64,000 nt of DNA, from positions 155,245 to 219,244 of the forward strand of contig CAKTDA010000005.1 in NCBI GenBank assembly GCA_934541105.1, read 5' to 3'. Shown piece after piece: positions 38,088 to 47,515 of this stretch. A program made the translations under genes and the position numbers. This stretch comes from an uncultured Luteitalea sp. Lineage in GTDB: Bacteria; Acidobacteriota; Vicinamibacteria; Vicinamibacterales; Vicinamibacteraceae. The notes beneath the pieces are model-generated. The model did no database searches. It saw nothing but the letters and a program-made list of their open reading frames with translations, and was not told where the DNA came from. Every line of letters starts with the position of its first letter. Position 1 is the first letter of the stretch.

Positions 38088-39416
38088 TCAGGGCGCCATC
38101 CAGCCGGAGCGGCCGTCCGGCGTGCGGACGAAGGCATACGCGCCGAATCGTCCGAGGACTTCGGCGTCTCGAGCGTCGGCAATCGTGAGCACGACTGGCG
38201 CCGAGTCCTCAGGCGATTCCAGCAACACGTCACCCGGGTCGAGCCGCTGTCGGCCCACAGCCGTCGTGGCATCTGTCACTGCTGACGCGTCGACGTAGCC
38301 GACCTCGTCGTCGGGCAGCCGGATCCGATAGGCCCGAGCGGTCGCGCCGCTGACCTCGGCGCGCGTGCCCTGCGGGAGTTCACGCACGCGCGCGGTTGCT
38401 GGTGCAGGCCCGGCGCGCAGCGACGCGCGGCGACTCGAGACCCGCACGAACCTGCCGAGTCGATCGGGCGCCTGTGGTGCGGGCGGGATCGGGTCGTCGG
38501 GCAGGACGTATGGCAGCGGGTCCACGGCGCCGCGCGCGTAGAGCCCGAAGTGCAGGTGCGGAGCGGTCGAGCGTGCGTTTCCCGTGTTGCCGACATACCC
38601 GAGAACGTCTCCGGGTCGCGCCGTCATCGTGCCGTCGAACGCCCAGCGATCCAGGTGTGCGTAGTAGAACGTGCGGCCGGCGCCCGGCTCGTGCAGCCAC
38701 ACGACGTTGCCGCCCAGCGCAGTGGTGCCGGTCTGGGCGATGCCCGACACGACCGCGACGACGGGCGTGCCGCGCGACGCGAAGATGTCGATCCCTTCGT
38801 GCTCGCGGCGGCCGGCGTCGCGCGTCGCCCCGAACAGGCTCTGCACCGCGCTGGCGGTGAGATCGGGCACGGGGAACGGCAGCGATGCGAGGGTGCGCTG
38901 CGTCAGCACGAACCGGCCCGATCGCAACAGTTCCGACTGCACGCGGACGATGAACGAGCCGCTGCGGTCGACGGCGTACGTGAGTGTGGTGGTTCCCGGC
39001 TCGAGCGATGCGACGCGGTGCACGCCGTCCTCTCCGGGCCGCACCTCGAACAGGTCCAGGAAGACGAGCGCCGGCGTCGCGCTCTCGAACACGACGTCGA
39101 GCGACAGTCGGCGTCCTTCGATTGCGTCGAACCTGAACGCCCGGGCTTCGGGGGCTTCGGCCGGGAAGTAGCCGGTTTCCGAGAAGGGGAGCGTGACCGG
39201 CGTTGGTCGATCGAGCGACTGCCGGCCTGCCGCCACCCAGTCCCGGCCGAGGGCCGTCTCGTGAAGGCCAGCATCCTGGAGCGCCTCCACGTAGCGCTCG
39301 TATGGCGACGTCACTCGCGTCAGCCGCGTCAACGGCCCGGTGGCGGTGCATCCCTCGAAAGCCACGAACGATGACGCGACGACGGCCAGGCGCATCGTGC
39401 GCGAGAGGCGGGCCAT
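38088..39416 (-). CDS. M23-family metallopeptidase with C-terminal SH3-like domains
   Basis: ORF 38088..39416. HEGIDIFASRGTPVVAV, GGNVVWL, YYAHLD and GNTGNARSTAPHLHFGLY are M23 motifs. The C-terminal about 130 aa look like bacterial SH3 repeats. Confidence 0.88.
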   Translation of the reverse strand: MARLSRTMRLAVVASSFVAFEGCTATGPLTRLTRVTSPYERYVEALQDAGLHETALGRDWVAAGRQSLDRPTPVTLPFSETGYFPAEAPEARAFRFDAIEGRRLSLDVVFESATPALVFLDLFEVRPGEDGVHRVASLEPGTTTLTYAVDRSGSFIVRVQSELLRSGRFVLTQRTLASLPFPVPDLTASAVQSLFGATRDAGRREHEGIDIFASRGTPVVAVVSGIAQTGTTALGGNVVWLHEPGAGRTFYYAHLDRWAFDGTMTARPGDVLGYVGNTGNARSTAPHLHFGLYARGAVDPLPYVLPDDPIPPAPQAPDRLGRFVRVSSRRASLRAGPAPATARVRELPQGTRAEVSGATARAYRIRLPDDEVGYVDASAVTDATTAVGRQRLDPGDVLLESPEDSAPVVLTIADARDAEVLGRFGAYAFVRTPDGRSGWMAP

Positions 39417-39455
39417 GTCCCAGCATGGCCCCGACTCCCGTGCGTCACAAGCTGG

Positions 39456-40067
39456 TCAGGGCCGGTGGCGGTGCGCCGTTGCGCGCAGGCGCCGACGCAG
39501 CAGGCCGAGGCCCGCCACTCCGAACAGCGCGAGCGTGGTCGGCTCGGGGACGGCGAAATTGTCCGACTCGATCTCCGGGAACGCGGCGAATCCCTCCGGT
39601 CCGGCAATGTTCGTGAACCGGGCCAGCACGGCGAGGTCGGATGTCGCCTCGGAGAGATCGGGCGAGTACACGAGCCGCGCGAGCTGCAGGTTGGTGTTGA
39701 AGTAGATGAAGAAGCCCGGCGCACTCGTCGTGACCTGCGCGGCAATCAGGTTGGCGGCGTTCCCCGCGCCGAACGGCGCGCCCGTGTCCTGGACGACGAC
39801 GATGTCGGCGCCTCCGGGTGCCAGGTCGGCAACGAGGCCGTTGAAGAAGCTCAGTGGATTGGCGACGCCGAACTGCGCCGCATCGAACTCGAGCACGTCG
39901 GCGGCGATGTCGAACACGATCGATGGTTCACCGCCGACGACCTGACGTCCCGGCGTGGTCTCTGCGGCATTGCCGATGAGCGGGTTCGTGTCGAAGCGGA
40001 TGACGGCTGCGTGCGCGGCGGGACTCGCCATCATGACGGCGAGCAGTGCGAACAGGAGACGACGCAT
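39456..40067 (-). CDS. PEP-CTERM sorting-domain protein
   Basis: Internal ATG (comp. 40065-40067) with GGAGG upstream. Signal MRRLLFALLAVMMASPAAHA. C-terminal VPEPTTLALFGVAGLGLLRRRLR is PEP, a TM helix and a basic tail. Confidence 0.8.
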   Translation of the reverse strand: MRRLLFALLAVMMASPAAHAAVIRFDTNPLIGNAAETTPGRQVVGGEPSIVFDIAADVLEFDAAQFGVANPLSFFNGLVADLAPGGADIVVVQDTGAPFGAGNAANLIAAQVTTSAPGFFIYFNTNLQLARLVYSPDLSEATSDLAVLARFTNIAGPEGFAAFPEIESDNFAVPEPTTLALFGVAGLGLLRRRLRATAHRHRP

Positions 40068-40196
40068 ACGGACCTCCAGGCAGAACGAGAGGGCACGGAC
40101 GACTCTGTGTGGGAGGGGGAAGGGCGACACGTTGGCACGTCCTGCGCGCCACTGCAAGCTGAGCGGCGATACGGCGGAGCTGCCGCATGTGCGTGA

Positions 40197-40970
40197 TCAG
40201 CGCGGCCGCAACACCGCGAGGTAGCCGCGGAACACGACGTCGCGATCGCGATGCCCGAAGACGGCGGGCAGCGTTGCCGCACACCACGCGCGAATCTCGT
40301 CGAGGGGCGTGCCGCGTCGGACGGCGTCCTGCACGTTCGTCTCGGTGAGCATGTACTCGACGTGGAACGACGGCGACAGCGGCAGGGGGATGGCAAAGTC
40401 TCCGGCCCGCACGATGCCGAAGCCGCGTGCAGTCGCGGCGATGATGTCCGGCGAGAGTGCGCGCGCCTGGCCGGCGGGCGGGGGATAGCGCGAGACGAAT
40501 GTCTCGAACCAGCGGTCGAGGCCGTCATCGTCGCCGAACGACCTCCCGGCCGAGAAGTCGTAAACCGCGAGCGTCCCGGTTTGCTTCAGCACCCGCCCCG
40601 CCTCATGCCATGCGGCGCCGATGTCAGGTACGTAGTTGAGGGAACCGGCGGCCGTCAGGAGGTCAACGCAGGTCGCCCGCAGCGGGACAGCCTCGGCACT
40701 GCCGACGGTGACGTGAGCCTCCGGCACGGCGGTGCGCGCGGCACGTACCATCGCGGCTGCGGGATCGATCCCGATGCAGGTATCGGCCATCGCGAGGAGG
40801 GGGCGCAGGGACAAGCCGGCGCCGCAGCCGAGATCGGCGGCGACGCCCACATGGGCGGTGCCGAGCCACTCGCGCAGCAGCGCGATGACGTGCGCGTGAA
40901 CGGGTGGACGGGCCGCTGCATAGCCAGCGGCCATCGCGTCATCGCTGAAGGGATTGGGCATGGGCTGCAC
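40197..40970 (-). CDS. class I SAM-dependent methyltransferase
   Basis: ORF 40197..40970 (GTG; ATG alternative at comp. 40961). VAADLGCGAGLS motif I and VDLLTAAGSLNYV. Confidence 0.85.
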   Translation of the reverse strand: MQPMPNPFSDDAMAAGYAAARPPVHAHVIALLREWLGTAHVGVAADLGCGAGLSLRPLLAMADTCIGIDPAAAMVRAARTAVPEAHVTVGSAEAVPLRATCVDLLTAAGSLNYVPDIGAAWHEAGRVLKQTGTLAVYDFSAGRSFGDDDGLDRWFETFVSRYPPPAGQARALSPDIIAATARGFGIVRAGDFAIPLPLSPSFHVEYMLTETNVQDAVRRGTPLDEIRAWCAATLPAVFGHRDRDVVFRGYLAVLRPR

Positions 40971-40991
40971 GTAGCGTACAGCCCAAGGGGA

Positions 40992-41642
40992 TCAGCGCTT
41001 CCGTGCACCGTTGCGGGACGACGCGGATCGCGAACGACTCGTCCCGCCGTTCGAGCGGGCTGCGGAGGCTCGACCCGTCGACCGCGTGGACGTCTTACGG
41101 CGCGCGGCGGGTGCCGATTCCGTCCCCTCGCCCTCCTCGCCGTTGCCGTGCGCCAGTCGGGCGGCCTGCTGGTTGATGCCGCCTTCGGCAATCGACGTCA
41201 GCGTCTCGTCGGTCGCCTTCTCCTCGTCGAGGTTCGCCTGGAGCAGACGTGCTGCCTCGGAGTGGCCCATGGCCTGCGCCCAGGAGACGAGCGTGCCGTA
41301 CGCCGCCATCTCGTAGTGTTCCGCGCGTTGCGCCGAGGCGATCAGCAGCGCGTCCATCGTCGCGTCGTCGGCATCCTCCTCGAGCGCGCTCTTGGCTTCC
41401 TCGATGATGCCGGCCATGCCGTCGCAGTGCTTGCCGCGCGGCCGTTCGCCGATCGACTCGAAGGCGCGCGTCAGGCGATCCACGTGCCCGCGGGTCTCCT
41501 GGATGTGCTTTTCGACGGCAGCACGCAGTTTGGGCGAGTTGGCCGCCCGCGCGACCTTGGGCAGTGACTTCAGCAGTTGCTTCTCGGCATCGTACGTGTC
41601 GCGGAGTTCGTCGATGAACGCGTCGTGAAGGGTTCCTGACAT
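40992..41642 (-). CDS. DUF892 (YciE/YciF-like ferritin-fold) protein with basic low-complexity tail
   Basis: Internal ATG (comp. 41640-41642) with AAGGAG upstream. LHDAFIDELRDTYDAEKQLLKSLPK...EKHIQETRGHVDRL...EHYEMAAYGTL. The C-terminus is a Ser/Arg/Gly-rich tail. Confidence 0.85.
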   Translation of the reverse strand: MSGTLHDAFIDELRDTYDAEKQLLKSLPKVARAANSPKLRAAVEKHIQETRGHVDRLTRAFESIGERPRGKHCDGMAGIIEEAKSALEEDADDATMDALLIASAQRAEHYEMAAYGTLVSWAQAMGHSEAARLLQANLDEEKATDETLTSIAEGGINQQAARLAHGNGEEGEGTESAPAARRKTSTRSTGRASAARSNGGTSRSRSASSRNGARKR

Positions 41643-41841
41643 GACTGTGGCTCCTTGGGGCTGAATGCAGCCGCTCACCGCCGCACCATGTGCAAGGCAA
41701 GGGCCAGCGTTGCGGGTGCGGCGCCGACCACGGCGCGAGCGCACAATCGCGCTGGAAGGCTGCAGCGGAGACACGTGCGCAACACGTGACGCGTTGCCGC
41801 CTGCCCTCCCGACCGACAGGGTGTATCCGTTCGAAACGGCG

Positions 41842-42357
41842 TCAGTCGACGGCGGGGAGCCGCAGGACGTGACGGAAGCCGTCCGTGCCGACGCTGACCT
41901 CGATCCGCTGCGCCCGGCGCGTCGTCGAGACGACGAGGCGGCCGCGCCGTGCCGGGGGGCAGCCGTCCCGCTCGCGGATCACGCCGACGACGTCGAGGAC
42001 GACACGCGCGCAGGTTCGCGCGAGCTGGCGTGCGTCGGCCTGCACACACGAGACGCGATCGTCGAGCCGGATCGCGACGTCGGCGTGGTCCTGCCACGAC
42101 GGACGGGTCGCGCTGAGGGTCTGATGGAGCAACGGGTGGATCTCGACGACATCCGTCGGTGCGCCGCCGGTGGCGTCGCCGCCGACGTCGAGGCAGGCAT
42201 CGGCCGCGAGCGCCGATGCCGACTGGTACGCGGTCACGTCGGGGTAATCGGCCGCCGGAATCCGGACTTGAACGGAAGCCCATCCACTCCGGGGTCCGGA
42301 CGCGTAGAATCGTGCGCGTCGATCCGCGCGGACCCCGCGCCAGAGGAGCCACTGCAT
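41842..42357 (-). CDS. hypothetical protein (start unresolved)
   Basis: Part of ORF 41842..42621. This is the only frame in the 41.8-42.35 kb gap with G/C-rich third positions. The ATG at comp. 42355-42357 overlaps the divergent amidohydrolase ATG by 2 nt, so the true start is probably internal (for example GTG at comp. 42237). No recognised domain. Confidence 0.3.
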   Translation of the reverse strand: MQWLLWRGVRADRRARFYASGPRSGWASVQVRIPAADYPDVTAYQSASALAADACLDVGGDATGGAPTDVVEIHPLLHQTLSATRPSWQDHADVAIRLDDRVSCVQADARQLARTCARVVLDVVGVIRERDGCPPARRGRLVVSTTRRAQRIEVSVGTDGFRHVLRLPAVD

Positions 42358-43681
42358 GCCGACCCGATCCAGCTGGCGGGCCGTGATTGGGCTCGCCACG
42401 CTCGTGGCCTGTCTCGTCCCGGTCCGTCTCGCCGCCCAGGACCAGCCGCACGCGTTCGTCAACGCGCGCATCATTCCGATCTCGGGTCCCGAGATTCCGA
42501 CGGGCACGCTCGTCGTCCACAAGGGGCGCATCGTCGCCGTCGGGGCCACGGCCGCCATACCGGCCGGCGCGGTGCGCATCGACGCAGCGGGCAAGACGCT
42601 GATGCCCGGCCTCGTGGACACGCACAGCCATATCGGTGGCGGTCAGGGTGGCGACAGTTCCGCGGCGCTCCACCCGGACGTCCGCCTCCTCGACTCGTTC
42701 GACGCCCGCCACTCGGGATTGCAGCGCGCACGCGCCGGCGGCATCACGACCGTGAACGTGATGCCGGGCTCCGGCCACCTGATGAGCGGCCAGACGCTGT
42801 ATCTGAAGCTGCGCAGCGTGACGACAATCGACGGCCTCGTCATCACGCTGGATGACGGGCGCATCGCCGGCGGCCTGAAGATGGCAAACGGCACCAACCC
42901 CATGCGGCCCACCGGTCCGTTCCCGGGGACGCGGGCGCGATCGGCGGCCATGGCGCGCGACCTGTTCGTGAAGGCGCAGGCCTACCGCGAGAAGGTGAAA
43001 GCCGCAGGCGGCGACGCGGCAAAGCGTCCGGCCCGCGACCTCGGGATGGAAGCCCTCGTCGAGGTGCTCGACGGCACGCGCACCGTCCACTTCCACACGC
43101 ACCGCCATGACGACATCCTGACGGCCATCCGCATCGCGAAGGAGTTCGGCTTCACGCCCGTGCTCCAGCACGTGTCCGAGGGCTGGAAGGTCTCCGAGGA
43201 GATCAAGGCCGCCGGCTTCCCGGCGTCGGTCATCGTGATCGACGCGCCCGGCGGCAAGCTGGAAGCCGTGGACCTGTCGATGACCACGGCGCCGGTCCTC
43301 GACAAGGCGGGCGTCCTCACCGGGTTCCACACGGATGACTACGTGACCGACTCGCGCTTCTTCCTGCGCTCGGGTGCGCTTGCCGTCCGGGCGGGCATGC
43401 CGCGCGACCGCGCGCTGCATGCGCTCACGCTTGCCGGCGCGCAGATGCTGAAGCTCGACGCCCGCGTGGGCTCGCTCGAGCCCGGCAAGGACGCCGACGT
43501 GCTCGTGCTCTCGGGCGATCCGCTGAGCGTCTACACGAAGGTCGAACAGACGTGGGTGGAAGGCCGCAAGGTCTTCGACCTCGCCAACCCCGGGGATCGG
43601 CTCGTCGCGTTCGGCGGCCAGGGTGCCACGCGCGGCGGTGAGACGCTGCACGTCCACGCAGAAGAGGAAGGCCATCGATGA
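42356..43681 (+). CDS. amidohydrolase-family protein, secreted
   Basis: ORF 42356..43681, GAGGAG RBS at 42343-42348, signal peptide. ARIIPISG...HKGRIVAVG...LMPGLVDTHSHIGG metal-binding motif. Confidence 0.88.
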   Translation: MPTRSSWRAVIGLATLVACLVPVRLAAQDQPHAFVNARIIPISGPEIPTGTLVVHKGRIVAVGATAAIPAGAVRIDAAGKTLMPGLVDTHSHIGGGQGGDSSAALHPDVRLLDSFDARHSGLQRARAGGITTVNVMPGSGHLMSGQTLYLKLRSVTTIDGLVITLDDGRIAGGLKMANGTNPMRPTGPFPGTRARSAAMARDLFVKAQAYREKVKAAGGDAAKRPARDLGMEALVEVLDGTRTVHFHTHRHDDILTAIRIAKEFGFTPVLQHVSEGWKVSEEIKAAGFPASVIVIDAPGGKLEAVDLSMTTAPVLDKAGVLTGFHTDDYVTDSRFFLRSGALAVRAGMPRDRALHALTLAGAQMLKLDARVGSLEPGKDADVLVLSGDPLSVYTKVEQTWVEGRKVFDLANPGDRLVAFGGQGATRGGETLHVHAEEEGHR

Positions 43682-44934
43682 ACGCCGAACGGAGGAACGC
43701 CGAGCGGAGGCACGTGAGTGGCGCCCTGCGCGTCATGGCCCTGTGCGCGGCCGGTCTGTTCGTGCTCGGCAGCGGCACGGCGCGTGCGCAGATCGCCGTG
43801 CGGGCAGACACGATCCACACGATGGCTGGTGCACGCATCACCGACGGGGTCGTGCTCGTACGCGACGGCCGGATCGAACGCGTGGGGCCGGCATCGCAGG
43901 TCGCCGTGCCTGCCGGGTACAGGGAGGTGCGCGCGAAGGTCGTGACGCCGGGCCTCATCGACGCCCACACCGTCGTCGGCCTCTCCGGGTACCTGAACCA
44001 GCCGCACGACCAGGATCAGGTCGAGCGGTCGGCGCCGATGCAGCCGGAGCTTCGTGCCGTTGACGCGTACAACCCGCAGGATCGGCTCGTCGAGTGGATT
44101 CGGCAGCACGGGGTCACGACCATGCACACGGGTCACGGGCCGGGTGCGCTGATCTCCGGCCAGACCATGGTCGTCAAGACGGTGTCGCCGCTTGCGGCCG
44201 AGGCGATCCTCGTGCCCGAGGCGATGGTCGCCGCGACGCTTGGCGACGGGGCCGTGGCGCAGGGTCGTGCGCCCGGCACGCGCTCGAAGGCCGTCGCGAT
44301 GCTGCGCGCCGAGTTGATCAAGGCGCGCGACTACGCCGACAAGATGGCCGGGCCCGAGGACAAGCGGCCGTCGCGTGACCTACGGCTCGAGGTGCTCGCC
44401 CGCGTGATCCGCAAGGAGACGCCGCTCCTCGTCACGGTGCAGCGTGCCGTGGACATCCAGGCCGCGCTCCGCGTGGCGAAGGAGTTCGACATCCGCGTGA
44501 TCCTCGACGGCGCGGCCGAGGCGCACCTGCTCGTGGACGCGATCAAGGCCGCGGGCGTGCCCGTGATCGTCCACCCGACGATGGCGCGGGCCAATGGCGA
44601 GACCGAGAACCTGTCGCAGGAGAACGCCGCGGTGTTGCGCCGTGCGGGCATCCCGGTGGCGCTCCAGAGCGGGTTCGAGGGCTACGTGCCGAAGACGCGC
44701 GTCGTGTTGTTCGAGGCCGGCGTGGCGGCAAGCCGCGGGCTCACGTTCGACCAGGCGCTGGCGACCGTCACGATCGACGCGGCGAGGCTCCTTGGCGTGG
44801 ACAAGCGGGTGGGATCGATCGAGGCCGGCAAGGACGCCGATCTCGCGCTCTTCGACGGCGATCCCTTCGAGTACGCGACGCACGTGACGGGCGTGTTCAT
44901 CGGCGGCCGGCAGGTGAGCGACACGGTGCGCTGA
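43678..44934 (+). CDS. amidohydrolase-family protein, secreted (tandem paralogue)
   Basis: ORF 43678..44934, ATGA overlap with the upstream paralogue. ...ALRVMALCAAGLFVLGSGTARAQ signal and PGLIDAHTVVGL. The first 11 codons are encoded by a 15-nt tandem repeat. An alternative start is the Met of MALCAAG. Confidence 0.85.
   Translation: MNAERRNAERRHVSGALRVMALCAAGLFVLGSGTARAQIAVRADTIHTMAGARITDGVVLVRDGRIERVGPASQVAVPAGYREVRAKVVTPGLIDAHTVVGLSGYLNQPHDQDQVERSAPMQPELRAVDAYNPQDRLVEWIRQHGVTTMHTGHGPGALISGQTMVVKTVSPLAAEAILVPEAMVAATLGDGAVAQGRAPGTRSKAVAMLRAELIKARDYADKMAGPEDKRPSRDLRLEVLARVIRKETPLLVTVQRAVDIQAALRVAKEFDIRVILDGAAEAHLLVDAIKAAGVPVIVHPTMARANGETENLSQENAAVLRRAGIPVALQSGFEGYVPKTRVVLFEAGVAASRGLTFDQALATVTIDAARLLGVDKRVGSIEAGKDADLALFDGDPFEYATHVTGVFIGGRQVSDTVR
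43680..43709. repeat. 15-nt tandem duplication built from GAACGCC-type units, in frame with the CDS start
   Basis: gaacgccgaacggag / gaacgccgagcggag (14/15 identity). It translates as NAERR NAERR directly after ATG 43678. Confidence 0.85.
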
Positions 44935-44946
44935 CATTCCCCGCGT

Positions 44947-44964
44947 GCGCGGAGAATTCCGCGC
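44947..44964 (+). terminator. short GC hairpin after the amidohydrolase pair
   Basis: GCGCGGA-GAAT-TCCGCGC (7-bp stem, 4-nt loop), 13 nt after the stop at 44934. No U-tract. Confidence 0.3.
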
Positions 44965-45042
44965 TCGCGGCTTGCGCGCCGCCCGATTTGCCAGCGGTTT
45001 CGAGCAGATCGGGCGTGGCCCCGGCCTTGCACCGCGGGCAGC

Positions 45043-46458
45043 GTGCCCCGTGGTCCCTCGACCGACGTCCCGACAGCGCCGCAGCCGGTCACCCTCGACC
45101 TGCTGCGGCGCTACGACCGTCCCGGTCCCCGCTACACGTCATATCCCACCGCCGTCGAGTTCCATGGCGGCTTCGACGGCGACGCCTACGCCGCCCGGCT
45201 CCGCGAGGCCGCGTGCCGGCCCGCCGAGCCCCTCTCGCTCTACCTCCACCTGCCGTTCTGCGAGTCGCGCTGCGGGTTCTGCGGCTGCTCGGTGATCATC
45301 ACGCGGAAGCGGCACGTCGCCGCGCAGTATCTCGAGTACCTCGCACGCGAGATCGCGATGGTGGCCGCTGCACTCGGCAGCCGCCGGCGCGTGGTGCAGT
45401 ACCACTGGGGCGGCGGCACGCCCACATACCTGTCGGTCCCGCAGATGCGTGCGCTGCACGACGCCGTGCAGCGTCACTTCGACGTGGACGCGACCGGCGA
45501 ACTCGCCCTCGAGGTGGACCCGCGCGTCACGACCACCGATCACCTTGATGCAGTGCGCGCGCTCGGCTTCAATCGGCTGTCGCTCGGCGTGCAGGACTTC
45601 GACGCCGACGTGCAGCAGGCCGTCAACCGCATCCAGGGCGTGGACCAGACCCGCGCGCTCGTGGACCACGCGCGCGGCCTGGGGTTCACGTCGATCAACG
45701 TGGACCTGATCTACGGCCTCCCGCGGCAGACGCCCGGCTCGTTCGCCGCCACGGTCGACACCGTCATCGGCGTGCGGCCCGATCGCATCGCGGCCTACTC
45801 GTTTGCGCACGTCCCGTGGATCCGCGCACACCAGAAGCTGCTGAAGGTCGAGGAACTGCCGACGGCCGACCGCAAGCTGCAGCTGCTCCTCGATGCCAGG
45901 GCGCGCCTGCTCGCCGCCGGGTATGCGCCGCTCGGCATCGATCATTTCGCGCTCCCCGAGGACGACCTCGCGCGTGCCGCGGCCTCGGGGAGGCTCCATC
46001 GCAACTTCATGGGCTACACGACACGGCCGGCCGCGGACCTCGTCGGGCTCGGGGTCTCGGCCATCGGTGACGTCGCCGGGGCCTTCGCGCAGAACACGAG
46101 GAAGCTCAGTGCCTACTACGCGGCACTCGACGCCGGCCGCTTCCCGATCGAACGCGGCTACGCGCTCGATGCCGACGATGCGATCAGGCGCCATGTCATC
46201 GCGCAGTTGATGTGCAACATGCAGGTGGACACGCGCGACGTCGCGAGCCGCTTCGGCATCACGTTCGACGAGTACTTCGCCCACGAGCGCCGTGAACTCG
46301 CCGATGGGCCCATCGCCGACGGCTTCCTGCGCGACGAGGACGGCTGGCTGCGCGCCACGCCGGCCGGGCGGTTCTTCGTCCGCAACGTCTGCATGATCTT
46401 CGACCGCCACCTGCGCCGGAAGCGCGCCGAGGCGCCGGTCTTCTCGAGGACGATCTGA
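45043..46458 (+). CDS. hemN: oxygen-independent coproporphyrinogen III oxidase (radical SAM)
   Basis: ORF 45043..46458 (GTG). LLRRYDRPGPRYTSYPTA, radical-SAM CESRCGFCGC, HWGGGTPTYL. Confidence 0.9.
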   Translation: MPRGPSTDVPTAPQPVTLDLLRRYDRPGPRYTSYPTAVEFHGGFDGDAYAARLREAACRPAEPLSLYLHLPFCESRCGFCGCSVIITRKRHVAAQYLEYLAREIAMVAAALGSRRRVVQYHWGGGTPTYLSVPQMRALHDAVQRHFDVDATGELALEVDPRVTTTDHLDAVRALGFNRLSLGVQDFDADVQQAVNRIQGVDQTRALVDHARGLGFTSINVDLIYGLPRQTPGSFAATVDTVIGVRPDRIAAYSFAHVPWIRAHQKLLKVEELPTADRKLQLLLDARARLLAAGYAPLGIDHFALPEDDLARAAASGRLHRNFMGYTTRPAADLVGLGVSAIGDVAGAFAQNTRKLSAYYAALDAGRFPIERGYALDADDAIRRHVIAQLMCNMQVDTRDVASRFGITFDEYFAHERRELADGPIADGFLRDEDGWLRATPAGRFFVRNVCMIFDRHLRRKRAEAPVFSRTI

Positions 46459-46459
46459 C

Positions 46460-47515
46460 GTGACGCTGCCTGCCTCCTCCTCCGTGCTCGACGCCCGCGA
46501 TGTGCGAATGGTCAGTCGGGTTGTCGAGCCGCCGCCAGTCGGCGTCCTGCTGTTCAACATGGGCGGCCCCGATACGCTCGACGACGTCGAGCCGTTCCTC
46601 GTGCGGCTGTTCTCGGACCGCAACATCATCGAGCTGCCGCTCGGGGCGCTCCTGCAGCCCGTCGTGGCGCGCGTCATCGCGAAGTCGCGCGGCCCCGGCG
46701 TGCGCCGCAACTATGCCGCCATCGGCGGCGGATCGCCGCAACTGGCCCTCACGCGACAGCAGGCCTCGGCACTGGCAGCGCGGCTCGAGGCCGCGACCGG
46801 ACGCCGGCACGTCGTCGAGATCGCGATGAGGTACTGGCAGCCCGACACCGAGCGCGCGCTGCGGCGGCTGGCCGCCGAGCGGGTCTCGCGCATCGTCACG
46901 CTCACGCTGTATCCGCACTACTCCCGGGCGACGACCGGGTCATCACGGCGCGAGTTCGAGCGCGTGGTGTCGCAGCCGGCATGGCGCGATCGATTCGAGG
47001 TGTCGCACGTGGACGCCTATCCGGACCATCCGCTGTACCTGGATGCGATGGCCGACACCGTGCGGCGCGCGCTGATGGCGTACCCGGCCGGGCTGCGCGA
47101 CACGGTGACCTTGCTGTTCAGCGCCCACGGCCTTCCGCAGTCGTTCGTGGACGAGGGCGACCCCTACGTCGAGCACACGGAGATGACGGTGCGCGGCATC
47201 CTCGAGCGCCTTGGCGCGCCGAACCCGCATGCCATCGGGTTCCAGTCCCGCACGGGGCCCGTGAAGTGGATCGGGCCCGGCACCGAGGATGTGCTGCGCG
47301 GGCTCGGGCGCCGTGGCGTGACGTCCGTGCTGATGGTGCCCGTCAGCTTCGTCTGCGATCACATCGAGACGCTGTACGAGGTCGATCAGCTGTTCCGGGA
47401 GGACGCGCACGCGGCCGGCATCACGGACTACCGGCGCAGCGAGGCCCTCAACACGCACCCGCTCTTCATCGAGGCGCTTGCCGATCTCGTGCAGCGGCGG
47501 CTCGTCCCGGCGTGA
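46460..47515 (+). CDS. hemH: ferrochelatase
   Basis: ORF 46460..47515 (GTG, 1 nt after the hemN stop). VGVLLFNMGGPDTLDDVEPFLVRLFSD, LTLYPHYS, FSAHGLP, VSFVCDHIETLYE. Confidence 0.9.
   Translation: MTLPASSSVLDARDVRMVSRVVEPPPVGVLLFNMGGPDTLDDVEPFLVRLFSDRNIIELPLGALLQPVVARVIAKSRGPGVRRNYAAIGGGSPQLALTRQQASALAARLEAATGRRHVVEIAMRYWQPDTERALRRLAAERVSRIVTLTLYPHYSRATTGSSRREFERVVSQPAWRDRFEVSHVDAYPDHPLYLDAMADTVRRALMAYPAGLRDTVTLLFSAHGLPQSFVDEGDPYVEHTEMTVRGILERLGAPNPHAIGFQSRTGPVKWIGPGTEDVLRGLGRRGVTSVLMVPVSFVCDHIETLYEVDQLFREDAHAAGITDYRRSEALNTHPLFIEALADLVQRRLVPA

Noticed and set aside
41842-42357. Archease-like resemblance of the segment WQDHADVAIRLDD...ARVVLDVVGV in the orphan frame
   Set aside because: The resemblance is limited to a few residues. 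In archeases that motif is N-terminal and followed by about 100 more residues, whereas here it is near the C-terminus. This is too weak to call.
41675-43675. 666-aa minus-strand ORF, and similarly 60349..63144 (931 aa), 3489..5312 (607 aa), 19311..21131 (606 aa) and 13948..15594 (548 aa)
   Set aside because: All are antisense to, or frame-shifted relative to, genes with strong family motifs (amidohydrolases, arginase/amidohydrolase/GlcD, D-aminoacylase, GH95, Gfo/Idh/MocA). Their composition is shadow-like.
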